Positions 37,806 to 47,456 are shown, numbered from the stretch's first letter. The stretch: 64,000 nt of DNA from Hyphomicrobiaceae bacterium (GCA_031379035.1 JANNEU010000083.1:2854-66853), one strand, 5' to 3'. The notes: a model not told the origin generated them from the letters alone. Translations and numbers: made by a program.

Positions 37806-38999
37806 ATGATCTTTCGCCGCAAGAAGTCCGACGGGTTCGATTGGCACACCTATGTGCGAACCACGATCAAGCTACGCCGTGATCAGCGTAAGGCTAAGAT
37901 CGAAGAGATTGGCCGGGTTGCGGCCGTTCAGGCGAAGGCTGCGGGGGATGCGGCGGTGCAGGGTGTGGCGCAAGTGGCCGGTACGGGCTGGAGCGCATCC
38001 GTTGCGGCGTGGCGCAACACTGTCGCCCAACCTGCAATATCGCTACCGGTGACGCTATGTGGCGCGGCAGCGCTGGCGTCTGGGGCTTATCGGTGGATAT
38101 CGACATCCGGCGCTGACCGGGATGCGCTTATGCCGCTGCTGATCGGCGCGATACTGTTGCTGGCGGTGGCACCGCTGGTATTGGCGCGCTTTTTTGCAGG
38201 AACCGCTTCGCTACCAGCCCTCAAGGGCGTGACACTGCCAGCCAATATGCTGCCGATTGCGGCGGTGGGATTGGTGGTGCTGGCGCTTGGCTGGTTTGCC
38301 TGGGGCCAAGCGTTGCCCGGGCTGACCGCTGCGGTCCTGCCGTCCCAGGCGCCGGCAGGTGTTACCGGCGTTGCCAATGTGCTGGAGGGCCGCGCGAGTG
38401 TGCTATCGGGCGAGATGATCCGGCTCCAGGGCCGATTGTTGCATCTGGCTGGGATCGAAGCGCCGGACCGCCAGCAGACCTGCACACGTGCCACCAAGCA
38501 GACGTGGAAGTGCGGCGAGGTGGCGCTGCAGGCGCTGGAGCGGCTGGCGCGCTCCAAGACATTCCGCTGCGTCACCCAGGGTGGACCGGATCCGCAAGGC
38601 CGCATCGCCGCCAACTGCACCGTTGATGGCCGCGATGTGGCCGGAGAACTCGTCAAGGACGGCCATGTGTTCTCGGCTGCCACCTACTTCGGCGGTTATG
38701 GCTCGCAGGAGCAGGAAGCGCGCAAGTCCGGAGCCGGCGTGTGGTCCGGTGATGCCGTCCGACCAGCTGATTTTCGCTCAAAGCTATGGGATACCGCCAA
38801 GGCGTCAGCCCCGAACGGCTGTCCAGTGAAAGGCCAAGTCTCAGGCTCTCGCCGGACCTATCTGATGCCATGGGCCTCGGACTACGCACGAGCCAACGTT
38901 CGGACCGAACGCGGCGAGCGCTGGTTTTGCGATGAAAACGAAGCGGTTGCGGCTGGCTTCAAGCCGCCGCGCTCCGGTGCGCGCGTCGCGTCGCGTTAG
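37806..38999 (+). CDS. membrane-anchored thermonuclease (SNase)-like protein with a C-terminal Cys-containing 'sunset'-type domain
   Basis: The SNase-like region is IRLQGRLLHLAGIEAPDRQQTC..DVAGELVKDGHV. The C-terminus is CPVKGQVSGSRRTYLMPWASDYARANVRTERGERWFCDENEAVAAGF. Confidence 0.65.
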   Translation: MIFRRKKSDGFDWHTYVRTTIKLRRDQRKAKIEEIGRVAAVQAKAAGDAAVQGVAQVAGTGWSASVAAWRNTVAQPAISLPVTLCGAAALASGAYRWISTSGADRDALMPLLIGAILLLAVAPLVLARFFAGTASLPALKGVTLPANMLPIAAVGLVVLALGWFAWGQALPGLTAAVLPSQAPAGVTGVANVLEGRASVLSGEMIRLQGRLLHLAGIEAPDRQQTCTRATKQTWKCGEVALQALERLARSKTFRCVTQGGPDPQGRIAANCTVDGRDVAGELVKDGHVFSAATYFGGYGSQEQEARKSGAGVWSGDAVRPADFRSKLWDTAKASAPNGCPVKGQVSGSRRTYLMPWASDYARANVRTERGERWFCDENEAVAAGFKPPRSGARVASR

Positions 39000-39000
39000 A

Positions 39001-39354
39001 TCAAGACCCGCGTTTGCAGGCTTCGTAGCGCGCGCGCCAAACCTTGGCACCGGTCTGTTCGGCGCGGCCCTTGAGGTAGCTGCATGGTGGCGCGCCGGTT
39101 TGCGACGGCCCCTGAAGCGGGATCGCGAAGATGCTCTTGGTTGGTGCGTAGCTGCCGTTGTAGCGTTGATAGCCAGTGTAGGTGTTGTTGCCGCCGTAGC
39201 CGCCGAAGGTCTCGTAGTAGCCGCCGAAGCTGGAGACACCGTTGCGGTTGCCCTGATTGCCAAGTTCGCGCAGTTCCTGGGCACCGGCCGGACTACAGGT
39301 CGCGACGATGGCCAGAGCGAGGGCCGCGAGTGTCCGATTCATAGGCATTGTCAT
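39001..39354 (-). CDS. small secreted Gly/Tyr/Asn-rich protein
   Basis: Signal peptide ..ATCSPAGAQE, a GGYYETFGGYGGNNTYTGYQRYNG low-complexity region, and a C-terminal Cys pair. The start is ambiguous (39342, 39348 or 39354). Confidence 0.5.
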   Translation of the reverse strand: MTMPMNRTLAALALAIVATCSPAGAQELRELGNQGNRNGVSSFGGYYETFGGYGGNNTYTGYQRYNGSYAPTKSIFAIPLQGPSQTGAPPCSYLKGRAEQTGAKVWRARYEACKRGS

Positions 39355-39506
39355 GGGCGTGTCCCCTGGAAGATGTATCCTGATGACTGTCATCAAGTAC
39401 TTATTCGTAAAGTGTTAGCAAATCACGCGCTGGTGACGAACTCAGTCCACTTGCAATTCTGGCTGTGTTCCCGGAACATCCTTTCAAGAGCTGTTGGGAG
39501 GACGCA

Positions 39507-40730
39507 ATGAAAAACTCGAGGATACGGCGTCGGAGGCTTGGGTCGGCTGGCATTCTTGCCACGGCATGGGCCATATTCCTCGCTTTCCCGACCCATGCGC
39601 AGACGCCTGCGCCGCTGAAGATCGGAGTGTTGAGCGACCTCTCCGGACCTTATGCAGATTCGGGCGGGCCGGGCTCAGTGCTAGCGGCGCAGATGGCGGT
39701 AGCGGACTTCGGCGGCACGATGAAAGGCCGCAAGATCGAGATCGTGGCGGGCGATACGCTGAACAAGCCAGATGTGGCGTCGAGCGTGGCGCGGCGATGG
39801 TTTGATACCGAAGGCGTGGCGGCGGTGGTCGATCTGCCGGTGACGCCGGTTGCCTTTGCCGTGCACGCGCTGGCCAAGCAAGCCAACAAGACGGTGTTGA
39901 TCACAGCGGCGGCGACATCTGATCTCACGTCCAAGATGTGCATGCTGCAAAGTGTACATTGGGCCGACGACACGCACGCGCTGGCGGCCGGAACCGCCAA
40001 GGAGCTGCTCGCGAACGGTGCCAAGTCATGGCAGTTTATTGCCGTTGATATCGCCTTTGGCGCGGCGCTGGTGAAAGAGGCCAGCGATGTCGTGATCGCT
40101 GGCGGCGGTACGGTGACGGGCACGGTCCGGCATCCCATCGGCGCGACGGACTACAGCTCGCTGTTGCTGCAGGCGCAGGCGTCGAAGGCGCAGATGATCG
40201 GCCTGGCGAGTGTGGGTGGCGATCTGGTCAACGTCATCAAGCAGGCGAAGGAATTCCAGATCGGCGCGGACGGCAGCCAGTCGCTGGTCGCGTTTCTGGT
40301 CTACATCACCGACATCAACGCGCTCGGGCTGGATGTGGCGCAAAACCTCGTCGTGACGTCGAGCTTTTACTGGGATCAGAACGACCAATCGCGGGCGTTT
40401 GCGAAACGCTTTTTTGAGGTCCGCAAGGCGATGCCGACCAAGAACCAGGCATCCGTCTATGCCTCGGTTATGCACTATCTGCGGGCGGTGGATGCTGCGG
40501 GAACTGACGAGGCCGCCGCCGTTGGCAAGAAGATGCGCGAGCTGCCGGTCGACTATTTCGGGCGGCCGTCAAAGGTGCGTTCGGATGGCCGCGTGGTGTT
40601 CGATCTTGATGTCTATCGCGTGAAGAAGAAAGCCGACAGCAAAGGGCCGTGGGACTACTATGCGCCAGTGCGCAAGATCCCGGCGGCAGAGGCATTTTTG
40701 CCGGTGAATGCGGCGGTGTGTGGGGGGTGA
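39507..40730 (+). CDS. ABC transporter substrate-binding protein (LivK/branched-chain amino acid type), orphan
   Basis: Signal peptide plus LKIGVLSDLSGPYADSGG..., typical of the Leu/Ile/Val-binding family. No permease or ATPase genes are adjacent. Confidence 0.85.
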   Translation: MKNSRIRRRRLGSAGILATAWAIFLAFPTHAQTPAPLKIGVLSDLSGPYADSGGPGSVLAAQMAVADFGGTMKGRKIEIVAGDTLNKPDVASSVARRWFDTEGVAAVVDLPVTPVAFAVHALAKQANKTVLITAAATSDLTSKMCMLQSVHWADDTHALAAGTAKELLANGAKSWQFIAVDIAFGAALVKEASDVVIAGGGTVTGTVRHPIGATDYSSLLLQAQASKAQMIGLASVGGDLVNVIKQAKEFQIGADGSQSLVAFLVYITDINALGLDVAQNLVVTSSFYWDQNDQSRAFAKRFFEVRKAMPTKNQASVYASVMHYLRAVDAAGTDEAAAVGKKMRELPVDYFGRPSKVRSDGRVVFDLDVYRVKKKADSKGPWDYYAPVRKIPAAEAFLPVNAAVCGG

Positions 40731-40742
40731 GTGCTCGTGATT

Positions 40743-40802
40743 CCCCCTCTCTCCGTCCTTCAACGGGGAGAGGGTTAGGGTGAGGGGCGGCAACGAGTCG
40801 GA
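40743..40802. repeat. REP-like unit, left copy (imperfect hairpin plus a 39-bp block)
   Basis: Hairpin ccctctctccg/cggggagaggg. The block 40764-40802, cggggagagggttagggtgaggggcggcaacgagtcgga, is the exact reverse complement of 41900-41938. Confidence 0.9.
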
Positions 40803-41031
40803 TGCTGCTTCAGTGACAGCTTAACGCTCGTTTTCGTCCGAAGACGAACAAAAAAACCGACGCCGAAGTGGGCCAATTGCTGACGGAAATTATCTTGAGT
40901 TTTCCAATCTGCGACGTCGGCTTCGACTAGATTCGGAAGTCGTGATAAGTCGATAAGGTGCGGGGCCGATATCGGGCTGCGGCGATGTCGGACGATTGTC
41001 CGAAGGTGCCGGATTAGATGCCGAGGGCTGG

Positions 41032-41733
41032 ATGAAGTTCGAACTGGAGGAAAGTCTTCGGGGTGCGCCAGATGAAGCACTTCTGGACGACATGCGCAGG
41101 TGCGCAAAGCTGCTCCAACGTGACACGCTTACGCTGACTGAGTACGGCGAAGCTGGGAAAGCGCATCCGAGCACAATTCAGCGTCGCTTCGGTTCGTGGG
41201 TGAAGGCCTTGGAGTTAGCGGGCTTACAACCCAGTCGATCAAAAATCGGAATTTCGGACGAAGACCTATTCAACGATATCAAGAATCTCTGGGTCACGCT
41301 CGGTCGCCAACCTCGGTACTCCGAAATGAGGGCCCCCGCCGCGCAATTTTCAGCGGAGACTTTTTCTGCGCGCTTTGGTTCGTGGTCAGATGGTCTTGCA
41401 AAATTTGTAGTGTGGGTGAACGCCGACAATGCCGGAAACGCCCAGACCCAAGTTGACGCCTCAGGTGATGTAACTCCCGTACTCAAAGATGCGTTTGAAC
41501 CTGCGAAGCGTCGCACTCGTCGCGAAATCACAGACCGTCAACGATTCAGAACTCTCGTCAGAGACGGATTTAGGTGTCAGTCGTGTGGCGTGAGTCCACT
41601 AACCAAGCCGGGCACAGAGCTGCATGTTGATCACGTTATTCCCTGGTCGAAGGGTGGCGAAACTGTAGATGAAAACCTCGGGACCAAGTGTTTGCAATGT
41701 AACTTGGGTAAGGGAAACGCATTCACCGTTTAA
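41032..41733 (+). CDS. HNH endonuclease with two homing-endonuclease-associated repeats
   Basis: The repeats are ..YGEAGKAHPSTIQRRFGSWVKALELAG.. and ..YSEMRAPAAQFSAETFSARFGSWSDGLAKF... The HNH core is RCQSCGVSPLTKPGTELHVDHVIPWSKGGETVDENLGTKCLQCNLGKGN. An alternative TTG start is at 40996. Confidence 0.8.
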   Translation: MKFELEESLRGAPDEALLDDMRRCAKLLQRDTLTLTEYGEAGKAHPSTIQRRFGSWVKALELAGLQPSRSKIGISDEDLFNDIKNLWVTLGRQPRYSEMRAPAAQFSAETFSARFGSWSDGLAKFVVWVNADNAGNAQTQVDASGDVTPVLKDAFEPAKRRTRREITDRQRFRTLVRDGFRCQSCGVSPLTKPGTELHVDHVIPWSKGGETVDENLGTKCLQCNLGKGNAFTV

Positions 41734-41899
41734 TGCGAAGTCGATCAACGCAGAGATCGTCAGCTTCCGTCGGCTGCAGAAACTCGCTGATCAAATCTGG
41801 ACTGGAAGCACTGGCTCACAAGCGTCAAATCTTCATCCCTTGCAGGGCCAGAATTCACGGCAGCTTATCCCTCGACAGCGCGCGACCGCAGGAGTTGGT

Positions 41900-41967
41900 T
41901 CCGACTCGTTGCCGCCCCTCACCCTAACCCTCTCCCCGCACGCGCGAAAGCGCTACGGGGAGAGGGG
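41900..41967. repeat. REP-like unit, right copy (inverted)
   Basis: tccgactcgttgccgcccctcaccctaaccctctccccg plus the hairpin ccctctccccg / 17-nt loop / cggggagaggg. Confidence 0.9.
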
Positions 41968-42034
41968 ATAAAAGTGCGCTGCGCTTCGACTACAAAGGCT
42001 GATAATCCACAATTCCCCCGCTCATCGCTCCCCC

Positions 42035-42994
42035 CTACCGCCCGCTCGCTACCCGCCCGCCGCTCTGCGTCCGTGCGAGACCGGCTTCGGCGAGGTGGCC
42101 GGAGAGTTTTTCGTTGGGCAGGCCTTCGATGAGCACTTGGCGGACGGCCAGCAGCTTGGCGAGATCGATGCCGGTCGAGAGCCCCATTTCTTCCAGGATC
42201 CAGACGAGGTCTTCGGTGCAGACGTTACCGGAGGCACCGGGTGCGAACGGGCAACCGCCTAGACCGGCTAGGGACGTATCGAAGCTGGTAACACCGGCCT
42301 CGAGGGCAGCGAGTGCGTTAGCGATGCCCTGGCCGCGGGTATCATGAAAGTGAGACCCGCCGACCTTATCTTTGCCGACGGCCTTGAAGAGCGCGGCGTA
42401 GAGGCGTTTGACCTGAGCGGGGTTGCCGATGCCGATGGTGTCGCACGGCGTGATGTGATCGGCACCTGCGGCGAGGCATTTTTCGGCGAGAGCCAGCACA
42501 TCGGCGTCGGGTACTGCGCCGGCAATAGAACAGCCGAATGCCGTCGAGAGGCCGATCTCGATCTTTGGGCGCGATGCCGCAGGGTAACCGTCGCGCAGAT
42601 CGGCGATGCGGCGCAACTCGTTGATCGATTGCTCGTGCGTTTTGCGGATATTGGCGAGGTTGTGGGCGACGCTGACGGAGATCGGCATCGAGACCTTGTG
42701 CGCACCGGCGGCCATGGCGGCTTCGGCTCCCTTTAGGTTGGGTGCCAGGGCGATGACCGTCAGGCCGGGGATGGTGCGCGCGTACCGGACGATCTCGTCG
42801 GCGTCGGCCATGCCGGGCACGACCGTCGCTGGGACAAACGAGCAGACCTCGATCTCGCGCACACCGGCGGCGGCGGCTTCGTTGATCCAGCGCTTCTTGA
42901 AATGGGTCGGCAGGATGGATTTCAGGATCTGCAGTCCGTCGCGCGGACCGACTTCGACAATGGTGACATCGGGCTTACTGGCAGCTGCGGGCAT
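42035..42994 (-). CDS. hydroxymethylglutaryl-CoA lyase-like (HMGL family) enzyme
   Basis: IVEVGPRDGLQ and a DRE-TIM barrel pattern with GGCPFAPGASGNV. Confidence 0.88.
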   Translation of the reverse strand: MPAAASKPDVTIVEVGPRDGLQILKSILPTHFKKRWINEAAAAGVREIEVCSFVPATVVPGMADADEIVRYARTIPGLTVIALAPNLKGAEAAMAAGAHKVSMPISVSVAHNLANIRKTHEQSINELRRIADLRDGYPAASRPKIEIGLSTAFGCSIAGAVPDADVLALAEKCLAAGADHITPCDTIGIGNPAQVKRLYAALFKAVGKDKVGGSHFHDTRGQGIANALAALEAGVTSFDTSLAGLGGCPFAPGASGNVCTEDLVWILEEMGLSTGIDLAKLLAVRQVLIEGLPNEKLSGHLAEAGLARTQSGGRVASGR

Positions 42995-43088
42995 GACGAA
43001 ACCTCAGGGGTGACCGGCATCGGGCGCGCTTGCCGGGAATAACAAACTCGGGTCGGATAGCAGATAAGCGATCCTGCAGGCGAGACCC

Positions 43089-44249
43089 ATGACAACGGCG
43101 ACACTTCCATTGACGGGCATCCGGGTTCTTGAGTTCACCCACATGGTGGCTGGCCCGGCAGCAGGGTTGATACTGGCTGATCTGGGCGCTGACGTCATCA
43201 AGATCGAGCCATCCCCAAATGGCGATAAGACGCGCGACTTGACCGGCGCGGGGATCGGCTTCTTTGCGGTGATGAACCGGAATAAGCGCAGCATGATACT
43301 GGATTTGAAGAGCGAGGCTGGGCGCGCTGAGATCACAGAACTTGTCCGGACGGCGGACGTTTTGATCGAGAATTTCAGGCCCGGCGCAATGGACAACCTC
43401 GGTTTCGGAGCGGACGCGCTGCTGGAGGTCAATCCACGGCTTATCTATGCTTCGGTGAAAGGCTTTTTATCGGGGCCTTATGAGCAGCGCGCCGCGCTCG
43501 ACGAGGTGGTGCAGATGATGGCGGGCCTTGCCTACATGACCGGGCCGCCGGGCCGGCCGATGCGGGCGGGCTCATCGGTGATCGACATCATGAGCGGAAT
43601 GTTTGCAGTGATCGCCATCCAGGCCGCGTTGCACGCGCGACAACGCACAGGGCGCGGCCAACGCGTCGCCTGCGGGCTCTATGAGACATGCACACTGCTG
43701 ATGGCGCAGCATATGATGCAGACGAGCATGACCGGCGAACCAGTCCCGCCGATGAGCATGCGGCAGCCGGCTTGGGGCGTCTACGACATCTTCGAATGTA
43801 GCGACGGTCAGCTGTTTGTCGGCGTGGTGACGGATACGCAGTGGCGCGGTTTCTGTGAAGGCTTCGGCTTGGCGGACCTCGGTATCGATCCCCGGCTCGC
43901 AACCAACAATGACCGACGCAGCAACCGCCACTGGCTCATTCCCACGCTGGCAAAAGTGATCGCGCCCATGACGCGGGCAGCGTTCGAAGCGACGGTGGCG
44001 CGGCTGGGTCTGCCCTACGCGCCGATCGCCAAGCCGGATGATCTATTTGAAGACCCGCATCTGGTTCAGTCAGGTGGTTTGTTGGCACTGACGTTGCCGG
44101 ACGGCCGCGTGGCACTGACACCAGCGTTACCACTGGAAATGGATGGCCAACGGTTTGGGGTTCGGCAGGGACTGCCAAAACCGGGCGAGCACACCGAGGA
44201 CGTACTCAACGAAATTCGTGCCGCGAAGATCCGCCGGAGACAGCTATGA
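43089..44249 (+). CDS. family III CoA-transferase (CaiB/BaiF)
   Basis: LTGIRVLEFTHMVAGPAAGLILADLGADVIKIE...NRNKRS. Confidence 0.88.
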   Translation: MTTATLPLTGIRVLEFTHMVAGPAAGLILADLGADVIKIEPSPNGDKTRDLTGAGIGFFAVMNRNKRSMILDLKSEAGRAEITELVRTADVLIENFRPGAMDNLGFGADALLEVNPRLIYASVKGFLSGPYEQRAALDEVVQMMAGLAYMTGPPGRPMRAGSSVIDIMSGMFAVIAIQAALHARQRTGRGQRVACGLYETCTLLMAQHMMQTSMTGEPVPPMSMRQPAWGVYDIFECSDGQLFVGVVTDTQWRGFCEGFGLADLGIDPRLATNNDRRSNRHWLIPTLAKVIAPMTRAAFEATVARLGLPYAPIAKPDDLFEDPHLVQSGGLLALTLPDGRVALTPALPLEMDGQRFGVRQGLPKPGEHTEDVLNEIRAAKIRRRQL

Positions 44250-45271
44250 AAGCCCTCGCTGCGATACCACGCACAAACATTACCGCGCGCAATGGTGAGA
44301 CTTTCTCACTCTCAACATTAGGCCTCGGCACAGCGCCACTCGGCAACATCTATCAACCGATTTTAGAGACAGATGCGGATGCGACGCTGGAGGCGGCGTG
44401 GTCTGCGGGGATTCGGCTGTTCGATACGGCACCGTATTACGGTCGCGGGTTGGCGGAAACGCGGCTCAATCGTTTCCTGCGCGGGCGACGACGCGACGAC
44501 TATGTGCTGTCGACAAAGGTTGGTCGCATTCTGAAGCGCGTGCCAACGGAGGCGATGACCGCGCAAACGCACTATTTCGACACGCCGGCGCGGGAGGTTA
44601 TCTACGACTACAGCCGCGACGGTATTTTGCGGTCGGTCGAGCATTCGCTGGAGCGGCTTGGCCTGGATCGTATCGACATCCTGCTGGTGCATGACATTGA
44701 CCCGGTCACGCACGGTTCGACCGAGGTCTCAGCGGCGCACGTCCGGCTGCTGCGCGGGAGCGGTTGGAAGGCATTCGAAGAGTTGCGATCCGCCGGGGTT
44801 ATTCGGGCCGTTGGCACGGGGCTCAATGTGACCGAGACAACGGCGGACCTCGTTGCAACGCTGGATCTCGATTTTGTTCTCCTGGCTGGACGCTATACTC
44901 TGTTGGAACAAGAGCCGCTTAAGGCACTGCTGCCCTTGTGTCTCAAGCGCGGCACGCACCTGCTGGCCGCAGGCGTGTTCAACTCGGGTCTGTTGGCTGG
45001 CGGCGCGACCTACAACTACAAAGCGGCACCACGCGATCTGATCGCGCGGGCGTCGCGACTCGGGGATATCTGCCAGGCGCATGGCGTCAAGTTGCAAGAT
45101 GCGGCGCTGCAGTTTCCAGGCCGGCATGCGGCTGTTGCCGCGACCCTGTTCGGCGCGGTGTCGGCGCGTGAAGTCCGCTGCAACGTGGCGAGCCTCGCGA
45201 GACGGATTCCGGACGAGCTCTGGGAGGAACTCAAAGCCGAGGGACTTTTGGCAACGGATGCGCCGGTTTGA
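44246..45271 (+). CDS. aldo/keto reductase (aldose/fucose 1-dehydrogenase-like)
   Basis: LGLGTAPLGN...FDTAPYYGRGLAE...STKVGR. There is an ATGA overlap with the preceding gene. Confidence 0.85.
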   Translation: MKALAAIPRTNITARNGETFSLSTLGLGTAPLGNIYQPILETDADATLEAAWSAGIRLFDTAPYYGRGLAETRLNRFLRGRRRDDYVLSTKVGRILKRVPTEAMTAQTHYFDTPAREVIYDYSRDGILRSVEHSLERLGLDRIDILLVHDIDPVTHGSTEVSAAHVRLLRGSGWKAFEELRSAGVIRAVGTGLNVTETTADLVATLDLDFVLLAGRYTLLEQEPLKALLPLCLKRGTHLLAAGVFNSGLLAGGATYNYKAAPRDLIARASRLGDICQAHGVKLQDAALQFPGRHAAVAATLFGAVSAREVRCNVASLARRIPDELWEELKAEGLLATDAPV

Positions 45272-47213
45272 GGGCCTCGATCAGTTCCGAACGCAGAGCC
45301 CTTATGAGAAACTCCGATCCGTCCTTGGTCAGATGGGCCGCGTCGCGAAACAGCAGTGCGTTCGTTTCATTTCTGACAGAACAGCCGTGCGTGTTACAAA
45401 ACACCACTTTGGGATCGACGACTGAGATGGTCGGAATTTCGGCGCGAAGTTTGTCGATAAGCTGATCGGCTTGGGCGTAGTGCTGCTGGTTTTGCGCGAG
45501 GCTCATCGGCACACACTTGATGGCTGCCTGGTCCTTGGTTCCAGAGAGAGCCAGCTGCGCATAGCATTTCGGGAGATCGACACCAGTCGAATAGGCTTGT
45601 TTGAACACGATCATGCGTCGGTTTTGCGCGTCAATCTTTTCGAAACCTTCGACAAAGCGGCTCTTTAGCCAGGCGTAGAGTTCTGTTTCAGTGTAGCGTG
45701 GTTGGATGGTTGCGTCGGCTGGCGCAACGCCGCTGGTGCTGCTCGCGTAGTCGCCGGAAAATATTACCGGACGCCGATCCTTGGCGAGCGTTTCGTAGGC
45801 TTCGGCAATTCGCGCGCGGCAGACTGCATTGGGTACGCCCTTCTCAAATCGCGTTGTGCCATATGCGTGAAGGCAGCCGTGCCCATAGAGCGCAACACCT
45901 TTGACCTTCAACTCCTTAAACAGGCTGTCTAGCCCAGCGACCAAATGCGTCGCGGTGCTATCGCCGATCAAATAGACAATTTCGCCGGACGACGCGTCGC
46001 CGAAGATACAGCGCCCACGTTTTGCACCGCACAGATCGCCCCCGTAGGTCAATGTATTGTCTGCCTCCTGGACACGTTGCCCTTTTAGCCGATGGGGCAT
46101 TCCTTCCGTGGTGACAATGGCGACAGCACCCGAGACGGTTACGAGGACTGCTGTCACCACGCTGCGCGGAACGAACCGCCACGGCAGGCTCATAACGGCT
46201 GATGGCTGTTGGTACCTGAACAAAACCTCGACTGTGACATAAAGGACTGCTCCGGCGATGAGCGATGCCACCCCGAGCATGAGGAGTTGAAGACCACTGG
46301 GGTCCAGGACATTGGCGCTTCGAAACAACGTTATGATTGGCCAATGCACCAAGTAGATTGAATAGGAGTATCGGCCAATCAGACGCAGCGGATAGGCACT
46401 CAAAACGAGACGCCATAAACCGCCGCGACCTGCAAAAATAAGCGCCGCTGTTGCTGCTACGGGCAAAAACGTCCATCCACCTGGCCACGGCGTGTTAGCG
46501 TCGATGTAAACCAGTGAACCGATCAGCAGAATGCAACCGGCCGCACCGACCACATTGCAGACCCAACGAGCAACGGTGCCGATGTTGCGCTCCGCCAGTA
46601 CTATCAGCGCGCCGGTCGCGAACTCAAAAATACGGGCTGGAACCAGGTAAAACCCGACCAATGGGGCCCGACCCTGGAGATACGCCAAACACAGCAATGA
46701 TATCAGCGCGGCCGCAATAGTGGTGCCAACCACCCCGATCTTTGTTCGCGCGGCAAAAATGAGTAGGGCTGGCCAAAAGAGATAGAACTGTTCTTCGACG
46801 CCAAGTGACCACGTATGCAAAAGCGGATGTGACAGGCTTGACGCATTGAAATAGTCGACGGAGTTTAAAAAATAGACGTTTGACACTCCGAAAATCGCTG
46901 CGAGGGCTGAGCGTGCGAGTGCGGCGTAATCCTCCGGCCCGAGCAGCCGCCAAGCCGCAATGAGAGTTATCGCAGTGGTCGCCACGAGAGCGGGAAACAA
47001 ACGGAAAAATCTTCGCTTATAGAAATCACGAAAACTGAACGTAGTGCCCTGAACCAAGATCATGCGCGTGATCAGATAGCCGGAGATGACGAAGAAGATA
47101 TCAACGCCGACAAAGCCGCCCGGGCAAAGCGTGCTTTCTAAATGGAACACCAAGATCGGCAGGACTGCGAGTGCGCGCAGCCCCTCGATGTCAGTTCTGA
47201 AACTCTGAGCCAT
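45231..47213 (-). CDS. acyltransferase-3 family membrane protein with C-terminal SGNH domain (OafA/YrhL-like)
   Basis: FRTDIEGLRALAVLPILVFH.., multiple TM segments, and an SGNH-like C-terminal part. ATG at 47213; the ORF extends to 47282. Confidence 0.8.
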   Translation of the reverse strand: MAQSFRTDIEGLRALAVLPILVFHLESTLCPGGFVGVDIFFVISGYLITRMILVQGTTFSFRDFYKRRFFRLFPALVATTAITLIAAWRLLGPEDYAALARSALAAIFGVSNVYFLNSVDYFNASSLSHPLLHTWSLGVEEQFYLFWPALLIFAARTKIGVVGTTIAAALISLLCLAYLQGRAPLVGFYLVPARIFEFATGALIVLAERNIGTVARWVCNVVGAAGCILLIGSLVYIDANTPWPGGWTFLPVAATAALIFAGRGGLWRLVLSAYPLRLIGRYSYSIYLVHWPIITLFRSANVLDPSGLQLLMLGVASLIAGAVLYVTVEVLFRYQQPSAVMSLPWRFVPRSVVTAVLVTVSGAVAIVTTEGMPHRLKGQRVQEADNTLTYGGDLCGAKRGRCIFGDASSGEIVYLIGDSTATHLVAGLDSLFKELKVKGVALYGHGCLHAYGTTRFEKGVPNAVCRARIAEAYETLAKDRRPVIFSGDYASSTSGVAPADATIQPRYTETELYAWLKSRFVEGFEKIDAQNRRMIVFKQAYSTGVDLPKCYAQLALSGTKDQAAIKCVPMSLAQNQQHYAQADQLIDKLRAEIPTISVVDPKVVFCNTHGCSVRNETNALLFRDAAHLTKDGSEFLIRALRSELIEALKPAHPLPKVPRL

Positions 47214-47456
47214 CGCTGATCGACTATCCCGCCCCGACAAACGCGTCGCCGTGGTGGTATCATGATCGATAAGGAATATCACTTATCGGACTGTTTGTTC
47301 GCCGAAGTTCCTGGTGCTGTTGCTCTTGTGCCGAGGCCTCTTGGCACAGGCCGTCCCGCTCCAGTGACAGGAATGCCGGTCTGGCTTTGCGGGGCAAAGA
47401 CGCCCAGTGCACTGAGCCAGTAGAGCACTGCATCAGGTTTGCGGGAGGTTATGTGG

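Larger units (their letters stand above)
40743..41967. mobile_element. putative REP-bounded HNH endonuclease cassette
   Basis: Two inverted copies of one palindromic unit enclose 1,097 bp of visibly more AT-rich DNA carrying a single HNH gene. No transposase is present. Mobility is an inference. Confidence 0.4.

Noticed and set aside
42003-42011. DnaA-box-like TAATCCACA
   Set aside because: It is a single one-mismatch site with no cluster, no AT-rich unwinding element and no dnaA/hemE context, so it is not an origin.
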